Below are positions 18,119 through 27,870 of a stretch of DNA of 64,000 nt, in pieces (position 1 is the stretch's first letter; the number at the start of each line of letters is the position of its first letter). The notes beneath the pieces were generated by a model. It made no database searches. It worked only from the letters and a program-made list of their open reading frames with translations, and was not told where the DNA came from. The DNA comes from a virus. Its lineage: Duplodnaviria; Caudoviricetes. The position numbers and the translations under genes are program-made. The stretch is from IMG/VR virus record IMGVR_UViG_3300007770_000001, one strand, 5' to 3'.

Positions 18119-18719
18119 CTACTGGGGAGGACAGCTCCTCAACGATCCCCACGATATGGAGAAGTTCTTCTCCACCGACCAAACCCTCGGCAGCCTCCCC
18201 ACGGTGCGGGAAGAACTCCAGGGAGAACGCATCGGGCAGATGGAGGTAGTTCGCGCTCTCCTTCATCGTATCCCACCGAGGGAGGCGGATTTCATTGAGC
18301 TCTACTACTTCAATCGTCTCCGTCAGACCTCGATCGCCCACTTGTTCTGTGTGAGCCAACCGACGGTGTGCTACCGGCTCCAGAGGGGGGCTGCTCGGTT
18401 GAAGTTCCTCATCTCTCTTCCCGAATACACCAAACAGGAGCTCGAGGATGCGCTTCTCGGTTCCGTCTCCTGTCCTACCGACCGGAGGATCATGGTGCGG
18501 ATGGTCAAGACGACCTGCCAAAGCGAAGTCGCCCGTGAGCTCGGCGTTACGCAGGGCTTCGTCCGGCACCGGTTCCTTCGGACTATCGAGCGTTTGAAGT
18601 TGGTCCGTGGGATGGAGAAGTTCGTGGATCTCTTCTCCAAGGTCGCTGCGAATCCCAACATCCTCAAGAACACCTCTCGGTCCGCGTGGCCGGAAGAGGT
18701 CATTCACAGCATCTACTGA
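18111..18719 (+). CDS. tandem sigma-70 region-4-like HTH transcription regulator
   Basis: IPPREADFIELYYFNRLRQTSIAHLFCVSQPTVCYRLQRG and a second unit CQSEVARELGVTQGFVRHRF; no recognisable region 2. Confidence 0.75.
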   Translation: MSSYWGGQLLNDPHDMEKFFSTDQTLGSLPTVREELQGERIGQMEVVRALLHRIPPREADFIELYYFNRLRQTSIAHLFCVSQPTVCYRLQRGAARLKFLISLPEYTKQELEDALLGSVSCPTDRRIMVRMVKTTCQSEVARELGVTQGFVRHRFLRTIERLKLVRGMEKFVDLFSKVAANPNILKNTSRSAWPEEVIHSIY

Positions 18720-18725
18720 CGTCTC

Positions 18726-18740
18726 CAATATCCGAGCTAT
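18726..18740 (+). promoter_or_regulatory. putative late promoter (CAATA-N6-CTAT variant)
   Basis: CAATA tccgag CTAT, about 26 nt before the 18767 start. Confidence 0.55.
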
Positions 18741-18766
18741 GGGAAGGGCCACGGCAGGAGTTGCGC

Positions 18767-19081
18767 GTGGCGAAACATGTCCCATCTGTTGTTCGGGTTG
18801 CCCTGGCGAAAAGGGTCGCAGAGCGGTGGGTCCGGGAAAACTCCCGTGCGGAGTACCGACTCTCTGTTTTCGGGATGGGCGGTGGGATTCGCAACCTCCC
18901 GTCTCTCATGAGGTCGTTTCGGGACGGGTGTAGCAAGCTCGGCTCCTTGGAGTCTGTGTCAGACTTGGGCATCTTTGTCCGAGGAGACCGGATGGACCTC
19001 CGAAGCGCGGACCGGGAGAAGCTCGCCGCGCTTGACAAGTGGCTCACCAAGAAGGGGTGTGAAACCTCTGGGGTCTGGTAG
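18767..19081 (+). CDS. hypothetical virion-region protein with KRVAERW motif
   Basis: GTG after AGGAG (TTG at 18761 is an alternative start); downstream of a late-type motif; abuts the next gene. Confidence 0.65.
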   Translation: MAKHVPSVVRVALAKRVAERWVRENSRAEYRLSVFGMGGGIRNLPSLMRSFRDGCSKLGSLESVSDLGIFVRGDRMDLRSADREKLAALDKWLTKKGCETSGVW

Positions 19082-19504
19082 ATGCAGCTGGCCCAAGCAG
19101 AGTTCACGTACACCTCGGTCGCCGGGTCCGACACATACACATTCACAATTGTACAGAATTCGGCAGGGAAGATCCTGGTCCGGGACATCCAGGACCCCTA
19201 CGGCATGGTCGTCTCTCCGTATACCCAGATCCCCCAATCGGTCACGGATGACATCGCCTCGGCGATGACCCAGGTGGAGGATATCTTGGCTGTCTCCAGT
19301 TCCATCAACGGCACCCTCACGTTTGCTGCGGAGACCTCCAAGAGCGTCACGTTCTCAGAGGCCCTCTCGGGAACGGACTACCGAGTGCATCTCTCCTCTG
19401 ATCTCTTCACGGCCCTTCGGATTACCAGCAAGACGGTCTCTGGGTTCACAGTTGAGGCTGCTGCTGTGGTGACGGGATCCGTCGGGTACGACGTCCTCCT
19501 GTAA
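19082..19504 (+). CDS. small structural protein; C-terminal beta domain shared with the 37239 protein
   Basis: GTLTF..TSKSVTF....TDYRVHL...ITSKTVSGFTVEAAAVVTGSVGY aligns by eye with the 37239 C-terminus. Confidence 0.7.
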   Translation: MQLAQAEFTYTSVAGSDTYTFTIVQNSAGKILVRDIQDPYGMVVSPYTQIPQSVTDDIASAMTQVEDILAVSSSINGTLTFAAETSKSVTFSEALSGTDYRVHLSSDLFTALRITSKTVSGFTVEAAAVVTGSVGYDVLL

Positions 19505-19505
19505 C

Positions 19506-19520
19506 CGGTAGCCTCACTAT
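19506..19520 (+). promoter_or_regulatory. putative late promoter CGGTA-N6-CTAT
   Basis: CGGTA gcctca CTAT, 30 nt before ATG 19550. Confidence 0.7.
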
Positions 19521-19549
19521 CCTCTACGGACCCCAGAATTGGAGCCCTC

Positions 19550-20248
19550 ATGTCCAGCCATCTCCTCCCCTTCGAAGTTCGCCAGATCCAGGCGTCCCTC
19601 ACCACTCATCGTGCTCGCTTCAAGGAAGGTCCTGAGGGCAAGAAGGAGTTCAAGAAGTGGCTGTCCGAGCAGTCCAAGGACTTCCAGGACACCTGGAAGG
19701 AGATGAAGGACAAGTATGGCGACCAGATCAAGGCCGCCTCTGATGAGCCGGCGGGGGACAAGGTGGCCTCCCTGGACGACCAGATCCGCCTCCGCATCGC
19801 CAACCGTCTCAAGGCGCGCTCTACGGAGATCCGCCGGCAGGCAGAGCTCATTCAGGAGCGCGCTGTACTGATCGCTGCCTCGGTGGACGGCACTGTCTCC
19901 GACAAGACAGCGGGGGAGGTCTCCTCCCACATCTGGCAGCTCGAGCAGGGGCTGGAGAACTGGCTGTACAAGAACCTGCGCTGGACGGAGCTTCGCCACC
20001 TGGACAGGGCCATCGGCCAGTTCATCCAGGCAGTCGAGGCTGCAGAGCAGCGCGCCTACACGGACCAGCTCAACCGCAACGCGTCTGAGGTCCAGGACAC
20101 CATCGGGGAGACCAAGTCTGGTCCTCTGACCCTTCCGGACAACAAGGAGGGGCTGGAAGGCCAGTTCACCCAGAAGGACCTCTCCGAGCTCCTCGGAGAG
20201 GTCGGTGGCGCCAAGAAGGCTGCCGAGTCCATCACTTGGATCGACTGA
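19550..20248 (+). CDS. putative internal head protein, helical
   Basis: Late motif upstream; KAAS and KVAS motifs; strong codon bias. Confidence 0.7.
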   Translation: MSSHLLPFEVRQIQASLTTHRARFKEGPEGKKEFKKWLSEQSKDFQDTWKEMKDKYGDQIKAASDEPAGDKVASLDDQIRLRIANRLKARSTEIRRQAELIQERAVLIAASVDGTVSDKTAGEVSSHIWQLEQGLENWLYKNLRWTELRHLDRAIGQFIQAVEAAEQRAYTDQLNRNASEVQDTIGETKSGPLTLPDNKEGLEGQFTQKDLSELLGEVGGAKKAAESITWID

Positions 20249-20332
20249 AGAACTGATGTGCTTGACTTTGACCCGCTCCAGGGATTCCGTCCCGTCCGGA
20301 TCGCCGGTCTGGTCCTCCCCCAAGTGTCTGTG

Positions 20333-21157
20333 ATGACCTCCAAGACGGCGTATCGGAACCTACATCCGGACGCCCAAGTAGGGCTGTTCAAGACTCTGTC
20401 CCGGGTCCTCGCGGTGCTTCGGGCCCAGAGCATGTCCTACCAGACCAGCCATTGGCAGGTCTCAGGCCCCAACTTCTACGGAGATCATCTCCTGTTCGAT
20501 CGGCTCTACGGTTCGGTCACCGTGCAGATCGATCAACTCGCCGAGAAGCTCGTCGGGTTCCTTGGCTCTCAGTCTGTCTCTCTGGCTCCTCAGCTCGAAC
20601 TGATCCAAGGTCTCTGCGATCACTGGGGAACGATCTCCAACCATGCCGAGCGGGGGCTCCTCTCAGAGTCCGAGCTCCAGGCGTCAATCAAGGCTGCCCA
20701 CGACTTCATCACGGAGACTGGCGCCGGAACCCTTGGACTGGATGACTGGCTCATGTCGACCGCCAACGCTCACGAAGAGAACTCGTACCTCCTCCAGCAG
20801 ACCATCGCTCGGGTAGCTGCGGCTGCAAAGGGGAAGGAGGCCGTAGCGGCTCCCGCTCCTGTGGCTCCCTCTGCCGAGGATCTGTTCTTCGACAACCCGG
20901 AGCGACGTGAGGTTCGGGAGTTCAGTGAGGCCAAGGCTCTGACAAACGACCCAGAGGTTGCGGCTCCTGCGGGAGCCCAGGATGGGATTGATACCTCTCC
21001 TGCTCAGGCGGTATCGGATGCGAACGCAGCTCCTCCGACCGTGAGCGAGATTCTTGAGAGCCAAGATGATGAGGGCCTCTCTACTCTCATCCGATACAAG
21101 ACCTCGGAAGGTCCCCTCACGCTGGAGACCTGGGCCGCCGAGCTCTCGGAGGAATGA
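20333..21157 (+). CDS. Dps/ferritin-like four-helix-bundle protein with acidic C-terminal extension
   Basis: HWQVSGPNFYGDHLLFDRLY...IDQLAEKLVG matches the Dps HWxVxGPNFxxLHxxF...DxxAER pattern; HEENSYLL. ATG 20333 (MTSKTA) preferred; the ORF is open from 20258. Confidence 0.8.
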   Translation: MTSKTAYRNLHPDAQVGLFKTLSRVLAVLRAQSMSYQTSHWQVSGPNFYGDHLLFDRLYGSVTVQIDQLAEKLVGFLGSQSVSLAPQLELIQGLCDHWGTISNHAERGLLSESELQASIKAAHDFITETGAGTLGLDDWLMSTANAHEENSYLLQQTIARVAAAAKGKEAVAAPAPVAPSAEDLFFDNPERREVREFSEAKALTNDPEVAAPAGAQDGIDTSPAQAVSDANAAPPTVSEILESQDDEGLSTLIRYKTSEGPLTLETWAAELSEE

Positions 21158-22047
21158 TGTCCATTCGCGCCGCGATCACACGTCTCTCCCATGTCTATCC
21201 GAAGGGGTCTCCGGAAAGGCAAGCCCTCCTTCGGTATGCGCGGAGCATCCATGAGGAGCAGGTCAACAGAGCTCTCCGCTTGGATCAGGTCGACCCGGTG
21301 TTGGCCAAGATCATCTCCCAGTCAGGGGACGGGAACAAGGACAAGGTCAATGTCTCCCGGAACTCCTGGTCTGCTTCCTCTCTGAAGCCCTCCCAGACCT
21401 CCATGGTCCTTCCCAAGGCAGTTGGGATGGCCCTCGGGATGCTGGCCTCTGGCAAGGTCGGGGGAGATCTTGGGGCCATCGTATCCGCTGATCGACACAT
21501 CATGGACGGCCACCATCGGTGGGCGGCGACCATCCTCGCCTCTGGGTCCAAGGGCAAGGTCGGCGGTTGGGGTGCTGCTCTCGAAGGGAAGGAGCTTCTG
21601 CGTCTTCTCAACATCCTGACCAAGGGTCTGTTCGGTGTTCGCAACGGGAAGCCGGGCAAGGGCAACCTGGATGACTTCACCCCAGCCAAGGTCAGCGCCC
21701 TCCTCCAGAAGTTCTCTGCCGAAGGCATCGGGGGCTCGTTCCCGATCTCGGCAGAGAAGGTCCAGGGAATCCTGATCGACAACTTCGGGAGTGTGGGGGC
21801 CGGGATCGAGCAGATGGGGAAGAACGCCAGCCTCATCTCCAAATCGGTTCCCTCATGGGCTCCTCCGCGGAAGCAGATGCCGGTCATCGACCCCCAGAAC
21901 GTTCCCAAGGCGGTCCGCGAGCTGAACCAGGGCAAGGTGGACTGGACACCCCCGTTCAAGCAGGCGTTGGACAAGGCTGCTTCTCTGCCCGTAGGATCTT
22001 CGGAACGACGAGAGATCCTACAGCGATTGGCGGGCGCTCGGGGCTGA
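21154..22047 (+). CDS. ParB/Srx-like nuclease-fold protein with repeated short helical motifs at both ends
   Basis: LKPSQ...AIVSADRHIMDGHHRWAA. Confidence 0.75.
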   Translation: MMSIRAAITRLSHVYPKGSPERQALLRYARSIHEEQVNRALRLDQVDPVLAKIISQSGDGNKDKVNVSRNSWSASSLKPSQTSMVLPKAVGMALGMLASGKVGGDLGAIVSADRHIMDGHHRWAATILASGSKGKVGGWGAALEGKELLRLLNILTKGLFGVRNGKPGKGNLDDFTPAKVSALLQKFSAEGIGGSFPISAEKVQGILIDNFGSVGAGIEQMGKNASLISKSVPSWAPPRKQMPVIDPQNVPKAVRELNQGKVDWTPPFKQALDKAASLPVGSSERREILQRLAGARG

Positions 22048-22067
22048 CTGTGCGGTAGGGTCGGCGT

Positions 22068-22532
22068 ATGCCGATCTATGAATACCAGTGCGACTCCTGT
22101 GGGTTCCGTGTGGAGAAGCTTTGGAAGCGTGCTGCGCTCTCCGAAGGGAAGCTCCTGGAATGTAACTGTGGTGAGATCATGCGGAAGCTGGTCTCCGCCG
22201 CGAACCATACGTTCGTGCACCCACCCTCACAGTTGAGAGGTATCGCCCCGCCCAACACGGGAACCTCAGATGACTGGAACATGGACAAGGCTATTGGCCG
22301 GGACTCCGCTCGTCGGTGGAAGGGGATAGAAGGTCGGGGATCGGTCAAGGACTCCGTAATCCGAGATGAGAGGAAAGCGGGGCGTGTCGTGACTCGAGAC
22401 CAGTTGGTTCCCACGATGGACGGAACCGGATATCGGGTCATCACCGAGAAGGAACGCGTCAAGGCCAACTCCAATCGTCAAGCCGCGTTTCAGATCGCCC
22501 AAGCAGCCAAAGAGGCTTCTGCTGAGGAATAG
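22068..22532 (+). CDS. FmdB-family zinc-ribbon protein
   Basis: MPIYEYQCDSCG...LECNCGEIMRKLVS. Confidence 0.85.
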   Translation: MPIYEYQCDSCGFRVEKLWKRAALSEGKLLECNCGEIMRKLVSAANHTFVHPPSQLRGIAPPNTGTSDDWNMDKAIGRDSARRWKGIEGRGSVKDSVIRDERKAGRVVTRDQLVPTMDGTGYRVITEKERVKANSNRQAAFQIAQAAKEASAEE

Positions 22533-22534
22533 GC

Positions 22535-22549
22535 CGGTTCTCCGTTTAT
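22535..22549 (+). promoter_or_regulatory. putative late promoter CGGTT-N6-TTAT
   Basis: CGGTT ctccgt TTAT upstream of the sheath gene. Confidence 0.65.
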
Positions 22550-22618
22550 AGAGCTCCACTAAGTCCCAGGCTATGCCCTGCGGTCAGATTACTGAGCTCG
22601 TGAGTTTCGGAGTCCCTA

Positions 22619-25600
22619 ATGAGCTTTCCCGGCGACACATACGCTCCTCCGGGCGTATACACCCAGACCTTCTTCGACAATCCCCTCCAGGGAATCTCGG
22701 CCAGTCTCCGGATCCCCCTGCTCCTGGGGACGGGGTCGGAGTCGCTCTTCCAGGACGCCCTTGAGGTGGTCCGGGGTTCGAGCTCTTCCTCCGACCAGCG
22801 GGTCGTGGATGAGGATCTCTCTGGTCGGGCGGTCGTATCCGTCTCCGAGTCTGGGGAGGTCACCCTCGGTGCCTTCAACGGAAGCCTGAAGCGCGTCCAG
22901 GTCAAGAACTTCCCCATCGTCAACGGCAACGGCACGGGGACGACGGCTACCAACTCCTCCAAGATCCGCGTCACCATCGCAGGGAACCCTGTGGTGGTCC
23001 TCGCGATCGATGGAGCCAAGGGCATTCTGACTCTCTCGACGGCCCCCAAGCTGGGCGAAGAGACTCTGGCCACCTACTTCTTCAACCGCACCGATACGCT
23101 GGTCACGGATACCCTGTCCGACCAGGTCACCTCGGATGCTCCCGAGATCTACGGGACGGCGGACCAGAACTACGACATCACCACGGACGTGAACGACACC
23201 CTTGAGTTCACAGTGGACTCCGAGGATGCGGTCACGGTCACCCTGTCCGAGTCTCCCACTGGTGGCTGGACGGCGGCCCAGATCGCCGCGTTCATCAACA
23301 GCGACGCCTCGGGAACCTCTCTGTCCGCGACGACGGCTGAGGATTCCCAGGGTCGGACGGTCCTGTACCTGACGGCGGACCGGGACATCGTGGTGGGCTC
23401 CGGCTCGGCGAACACGACCCTGGGTCTGACCACGGGCACCGATACCGCCCGCAACAAGACCTTCTTCACCTTCCAAGGACCCATCGTCGACGGAACCAAC
23501 GGGGGCATCACCTCCACCGATCCGGCCGATGTGACAGTGAAGGTGGACGGGACGCAGGTCATCCCCGAGTCCCTGGACGGAGCCTCTCGCACCTTCACTC
23601 TCGGGTTCGCCCCGGAGCCCGGCGCGGTCGTCACCTGTCAGTACTACTTCAACAGCTGGCAGGATACTTTCGACCACCTGCAGCACCGGAACATCACGGC
23701 GATCACCCAGGCGGGTCTGACTCCCGACCGGAAGGACTACACCAGCGGAACCGACTTCATCCTCAAGGACGACAAGATCCTCTGGGGGACTGCCTCCCTG
23801 GTTGAGTCTGGGGTTCACACCTCTGGGGCGACGTACTTCAACGACACCCAGGTGTCCACGACACTGGTGGATGCACGCCAGTACCTGGCCGAGTGCGCGG
23901 CCTACGTCGACACCTCGGTCAACCCGCCCCTCGAGGATCGGAAGACCTTCACCCTGCCTCTGGTCGCGACGACGGGGAATGGGCGCAACTCCCTGATTGA
24001 CTCCGACACCTTCACCGACGTGGCCAATGGTCGGGTGGGTCTCCCCACCAACCGACCTGATCTCGTCCTGGTCTACTGGGGCTACAGCCTCAGCGATGCG
24101 GTGGAGCGAGGGGCCGTCGAGGTCACCAAGGTCGACTCCGACAACTCTCGGGTGACTCTGGCCAGCGCTGTCCCGGTCGGCGCCTCTGTCTACGCCACCT
24201 TCTACTACAACACCATCCAGGACCAGGAGTACACCCTCACCGTCGATACCGAGGGTGGTTCGGGTGTCGGTGTCTACAGCGTGGCCAACGAGGACGGGGA
24301 CTCCCTGTACACGGCTCTCTTCTCCTCCAAGAGCGCGGGTCTGGCCACCATCCAGATCCAGTTCCCGAGCGGCGCGGAGAGCACGGCGGATACTCGCTTC
24401 GAGACTCCGTTCGATGCGACCAGCTACGTCGGTCCTGTCGAGGAGGACGTCACCGTCACGTTCGCGACCCAGAACGCGACCTTGGGGTCCTACACCGTCC
24501 CCGGTGCCGGACCCTACTACATCGCACCGGGCGCCAGTGACAACTTCGACATCATCGTCGATGGAGCCACCCTGACCGGGGGCCATGTCGATCTCTCCGA
24601 CCCGATCGGTTCTGGGTCGGGATTCTTCGCTCAGATGGTGGGCAACGAGATCGAGTACTCCGCCGCATCCGGCGGAACCTCCTTCGTGGTGGACTCTACC
24701 AACAACACCATCGACCTGATGGTGGACGGGGTCCTGCTCAACGCGATCGCTCTGGATGACTCCACCAGCATCACCGCGAGCTTCACCAACGTGATCAACC
24801 AGGTGGCCTTCGGGGTCTACGGAGCCACGGCTTCCTCCGGCGGGGCGGCGACCATCGTCATCCCGAACGGTTCCTACGCCTCCGGAACCGATGACTACTA
24901 CATCGGCTGGGAAGTGGTTGTCACTGGAGGGCTCGGGGCTGCTGCAACCATCCGGACTGTCACCGACTACGTGGCGTCGACCAAGACCCTGACCCTGGAC
25001 GGAGGCACCTACGACGGAACCTCGGTCTTCTCTCTGTACAACCCGGACAACGCCCCCTACATGACGGGAGCCACTCGGTTCCTCTCTGCGGTCACGATCA
25101 CGGCAGGGGAGTACGATGAGCTCCAGATCAGCGTCACGGGATCAACGACGGGCCAGACCACTCTCGACTGCGCTGGTGGCGATGCGATCGTAGCCGGAAC
25201 CTACACGACTGCCACGGCTCTGGCTGCTGCGGTCCAGACTGCAATCGACGCGGCGATCTCAACAGCTGCTGCTGCGTGTGTCATCACCGTTGGAGTAGAT
25301 ACCAGCGGACGTCTGACGTTCTCCCTGATCCCGGACCCGACCGATACGGAAGGTGCGTACCTGGAGTTCGTGGCTCAGACGGCGGGCGAGGACTTCGCTC
25401 TCCTCGCAGGGCTGGACACCGACGCTGCGGCCCAGTCCGGACAGGCCAAGCTGTTCGCGGGCCCCATCGCGCGGGTCTACTCTCTGGGCGCCTCCCCCTA
25501 CCTGACCGACCGTATCATCCTCCGCAACCGGCTCATCCCTGGCCAGACCGGCTCGATGGATGGGGAGTTCATCAAGGGCTTCTGTCAGCTGGAGGTTCTG

Positions 25601-27805
25601 GGTGGGACCGGCGCAGAGCAGGCCGGCTTGGTAGCCAAGGACACTGCCGATGCAGGGATCCGCGGGACCATGATGGAGCCGACCATCTTCGGTGAGGTTG
25701 GTATCTCCGGAGGTCAGGTCCCGACGACCACATATGGCGATGCTCGGGACGGTCAGCCGGTCGTGACCTTCTACGCGGATGGTGGGACCACTCCCCAGAA
25801 CAACGTCTTCAAGATGACGTTTGAGGGAACCCCCATCACGGTGGAGTTCACGGACGCCTCCGGAGTCGCGATCGCCTCGGGAAGCTCCGCTGACGTGCCT
25901 CTGGGCCCTGTGGGTTCGGCCAACACGGTCCTGGGCCAGATCAGCGCTGCCATGACGGCAGCGGGTCTCTCCGCCGCTCCGGTCCAGGAAGGGGCTGGTA
26001 TCCGTCTCCGTGGTGATCTGACCACGGCGGCCACCAGCATCGTCCTCGGGACTGGCTCGGCCAACGAGATCCTCGGGTTCACCGACGGTGACTCTGTCGA
26101 GCGTGAGACCCTCTCGGTGGATACCCTGGTCTCCGCCCTGATGGCTCACACCAACACGACCCTGTCGGACTCGATCTTCACCTGGGCCGGGGCCTCCGGA
26201 TACTTCGCCTTCGCCGCTCTCGCGAAGCGGGTCACGGACTCGGCCAACGCTCAGTACCTGTACCTGCAGAGCCAGGGCAACGCGGGCGCTGGCACGACCT
26301 CAAGCATCGCCATCGACGAGGCCGCCACCGACTCCACTACCCTTCCGGGCACGGGCCTGGGGATCTCCGACGGCGACGGCGGCTCGGGTGAGGATGCCGT
26401 CGACGGCTTCTACGTCACCTCCTCCGATACCGTGAACGGATCCGGGTCCGCAGGAACCTCGGTGTTCAACTCCGGAACGGGCCAGGACGGATACGTCGGC
26501 CAGACCTACCGTGACTCGGTGACGGGCCTCACCTTCTCGGTTCTCGCTCGAGAGGGGGGCTCTTCCTACCCGGCGGGCCAGACCTTCACCATCACCTGTC
26601 GGTCTCTGGCGACCACGGACTCCAACCTCCCGACCAACGTGATTCCTGGGGTGGAGCTCATCGTCTCCAACACCTCTGGAATCACGGCGGGCGACACAGC
26701 GGTTGTGTCCACCTTCGACAGTTCCGGAAACTCTCCGGATGTGGGCGACCTCTACTATGTCTCCTACAACTACAGCAAGGCGGACTTCTCCACTTCCCTG
26801 TACACCAAGATGGCGGCCATCGAGGCAGCTTTCGGTGGTCTCTCTCCGGAGAACCCCGCGACTCTCGCCTCGTATCTGGCTCTCCTGAACGGTGCGGTCA
26901 TCCTGGCCATCCGCCAGGTCCAGGCCGATACGGACTCCGACAGCGATGGCGTCAATGACGAGGCCAGCGTCGCTGCGTTCATGTCGGCTATCGACTCGGT
27001 GGCGGGGGCTCTCCCCGGCGGTGCGTATCCGGACACTCTGATCGCTCTCAAGGGCGGGAGTGACACTCTGAACCAGTACCTGGCGCAGCAGGCCGACATC
27101 CAGTCCAGCCTTCGCTATCGTGCGGAGCGCACCGTCATCGCTGGTTGCTCGGCGGGAACGGAGCCTCGCGCGGCAGGGGACCAGGCCGAGGCCGTCGCCC
27201 GTTATCGCTTCCGCCTCGTCTACCCGGACATGTACAACATCACCCTGAGCACAGCGACTGCGGAGAACGAGGAGTTCCTGGTCGACGGGACCTTCATGGC
27301 TGCCGCTCTGGCTGGGAACCGGGCCTCTCCTCGGGTCGATGTCGCGACTCCCTGGACGGGCGCGCGGATCCTCGGTATCGATTCGGTCGCTCGGGTCCTC
27401 GATGCGGTTCAGGAGAACCAGGTTGCGGTTCGCGGTGTCACGGTGATCACTCAGGAGCGCTCCGTCATCAAGGTCCGCCAGGGCTTCACGACGGATATGG
27501 CGAACAACCTCACCAAGCTCCCGACGATCATCACGATCGCGGACGAGGTTCAGCGTCAGTCCCGGTCCACCTTGGACCGGTTCAGCGGGATCAAGAACCT
27601 GGACGGCGTCACCGGCCAGATCGAGACTCAGCTGAACTCGACGCTCCGTCAGCTGAACAAGGCCCAGATCATTGCGGCGTACACCCCGTCCACGGCGCAG
27701 TCCTCTCCGGACAACCCGACGACGGCAGAGGTGGAGTCCAGCTACGCTCCGGTGTTCCCGCTCCTGTACCTGCTCCTGACGTTCCAGATGCGTTCAAGTT
27801 TGTGA
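22619..27805 (+). CDS. giant contractile tail sheath protein (1728 aa)
   Basis: N-terminal YAPPGVYTQT; C-terminal sheath domain (GVTVITQERSVIKVRQGFTTD...ITIADEVQRQSR...VESSYAPVFPLLYLLLTF); long Thr/Ser/Gly-rich beta inserts. Confidence 0.9.
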   Translation: MSFPGDTYAPPGVYTQTFFDNPLQGISASLRIPLLLGTGSESLFQDALEVVRGSSSSSDQRVVDEDLSGRAVVSVSESGEVTLGAFNGSLKRVQVKNFPIVNGNGTGTTATNSSKIRVTIAGNPVVVLAIDGAKGILTLSTAPKLGEETLATYFFNRTDTLVTDTLSDQVTSDAPEIYGTADQNYDITTDVNDTLEFTVDSEDAVTVTLSESPTGGWTAAQIAAFINSDASGTSLSATTAEDSQGRTVLYLTADRDIVVGSGSANTTLGLTTGTDTARNKTFFTFQGPIVDGTNGGITSTDPADVTVKVDGTQVIPESLDGASRTFTLGFAPEPGAVVTCQYYFNSWQDTFDHLQHRNITAITQAGLTPDRKDYTSGTDFILKDDKILWGTASLVESGVHTSGATYFNDTQVSTTLVDARQYLAECAAYVDTSVNPPLEDRKTFTLPLVATTGNGRNSLIDSDTFTDVANGRVGLPTNRPDLVLVYWGYSLSDAVERGAVEVTKVDSDNSRVTLASAVPVGASVYATFYYNTIQDQEYTLTVDTEGGSGVGVYSVANEDGDSLYTALFSSKSAGLATIQIQFPSGAESTADTRFETPFDATSYVGPVEEDVTVTFATQNATLGSYTVPGAGPYYIAPGASDNFDIIVDGATLTGGHVDLSDPIGSGSGFFAQMVGNEIEYSAASGGTSFVVDSTNNTIDLMVDGVLLNAIALDDSTSITASFTNVINQVAFGVYGATASSGGAATIVIPNGSYASGTDDYYIGWEVVVTGGLGAAATIRTVTDYVASTKTLTLDGGTYDGTSVFSLYNPDNAPYMTGATRFLSAVTITAGEYDELQISVTGSTTGQTTLDCAGGDAIVAGTYTTATALAAAVQTAIDAAISTAAAACVITVGVDTSGRLTFSLIPDPTDTEGAYLEFVAQTAGEDFALLAGLDTDAAAQSGQAKLFAGPIARVYSLGASPYLTDRIILRNRLIPGQTGSMDGEFIKGFCQLEVLGGTGAEQAGLVAKDTADAGIRGTMMEPTIFGEVGISGGQVPTTTYGDARDGQPVVTFYADGGTTPQNNVFKMTFEGTPITVEFTDASGVAIASGSSADVPLGPVGSANTVLGQISAAMTAAGLSAAPVQEGAGIRLRGDLTTAATSIVLGTGSANEILGFTDGDSVERETLSVDTLVSALMAHTNTTLSDSIFTWAGASGYFAFAALAKRVTDSANAQYLYLQSQGNAGAGTTSSIAIDEAATDSTTLPGTGLGISDGDGGSGEDAVDGFYVTSSDTVNGSGSAGTSVFNSGTGQDGYVGQTYRDSVTGLTFSVLAREGGSSYPAGQTFTITCRSLATTDSNLPTNVIPGVELIVSNTSGITAGDTAVVSTFDSSGNSPDVGDLYYVSYNYSKADFSTSLYTKMAAIEAAFGGLSPENPATLASYLALLNGAVILAIRQVQADTDSDSDGVNDEASVAAFMSAIDSVAGALPGGAYPDTLIALKGGSDTLNQYLAQQADIQSSLRYRAERTVIAGCSAGTEPRAAGDQAEAVARYRFRLVYPDMYNITLSTATAENEEFLVDGTFMAAALAGNRASPRVDVATPWTGARILGIDSVARVLDAVQENQVAVRGVTVITQERSVIKVRQGFTTDMANNLTKLPTIITIADEVQRQSRSTLDRFSGIKNLDGVTGQIETQLNSTLRQLNKAQIIAAYTPSTAQSSPDNPTTAEVESSYAPVFPLLYLLLTFQMRSSL

Positions 27806-27845
27806 GCCCCGCCAGCTTATAGCGACTCCACTTTAGATACGGTAA

Positions 27846-27869
27846 GGTTATCCTGAACGAAGGATAACC
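27846..27869 (+). promoter_or_regulatory. RBS-occluding hairpin before the endonuclease gene
   Basis: GGTTATCCT gaacga AGGATAACC: perfect 9-bp stem containing the AAGGA SD, ending 1 nt before ATG 27871. Confidence 0.7.
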
Positions 27870-27870
27870 C

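Noticed and set aside
19506-19520. Late motif as a sigma-54 promoter
   Set aside because: GG is followed 10 nt later by AT, matching -24/-12 spacing, but the required GC and TGGCAC consensus are absent; treated as coincidence.
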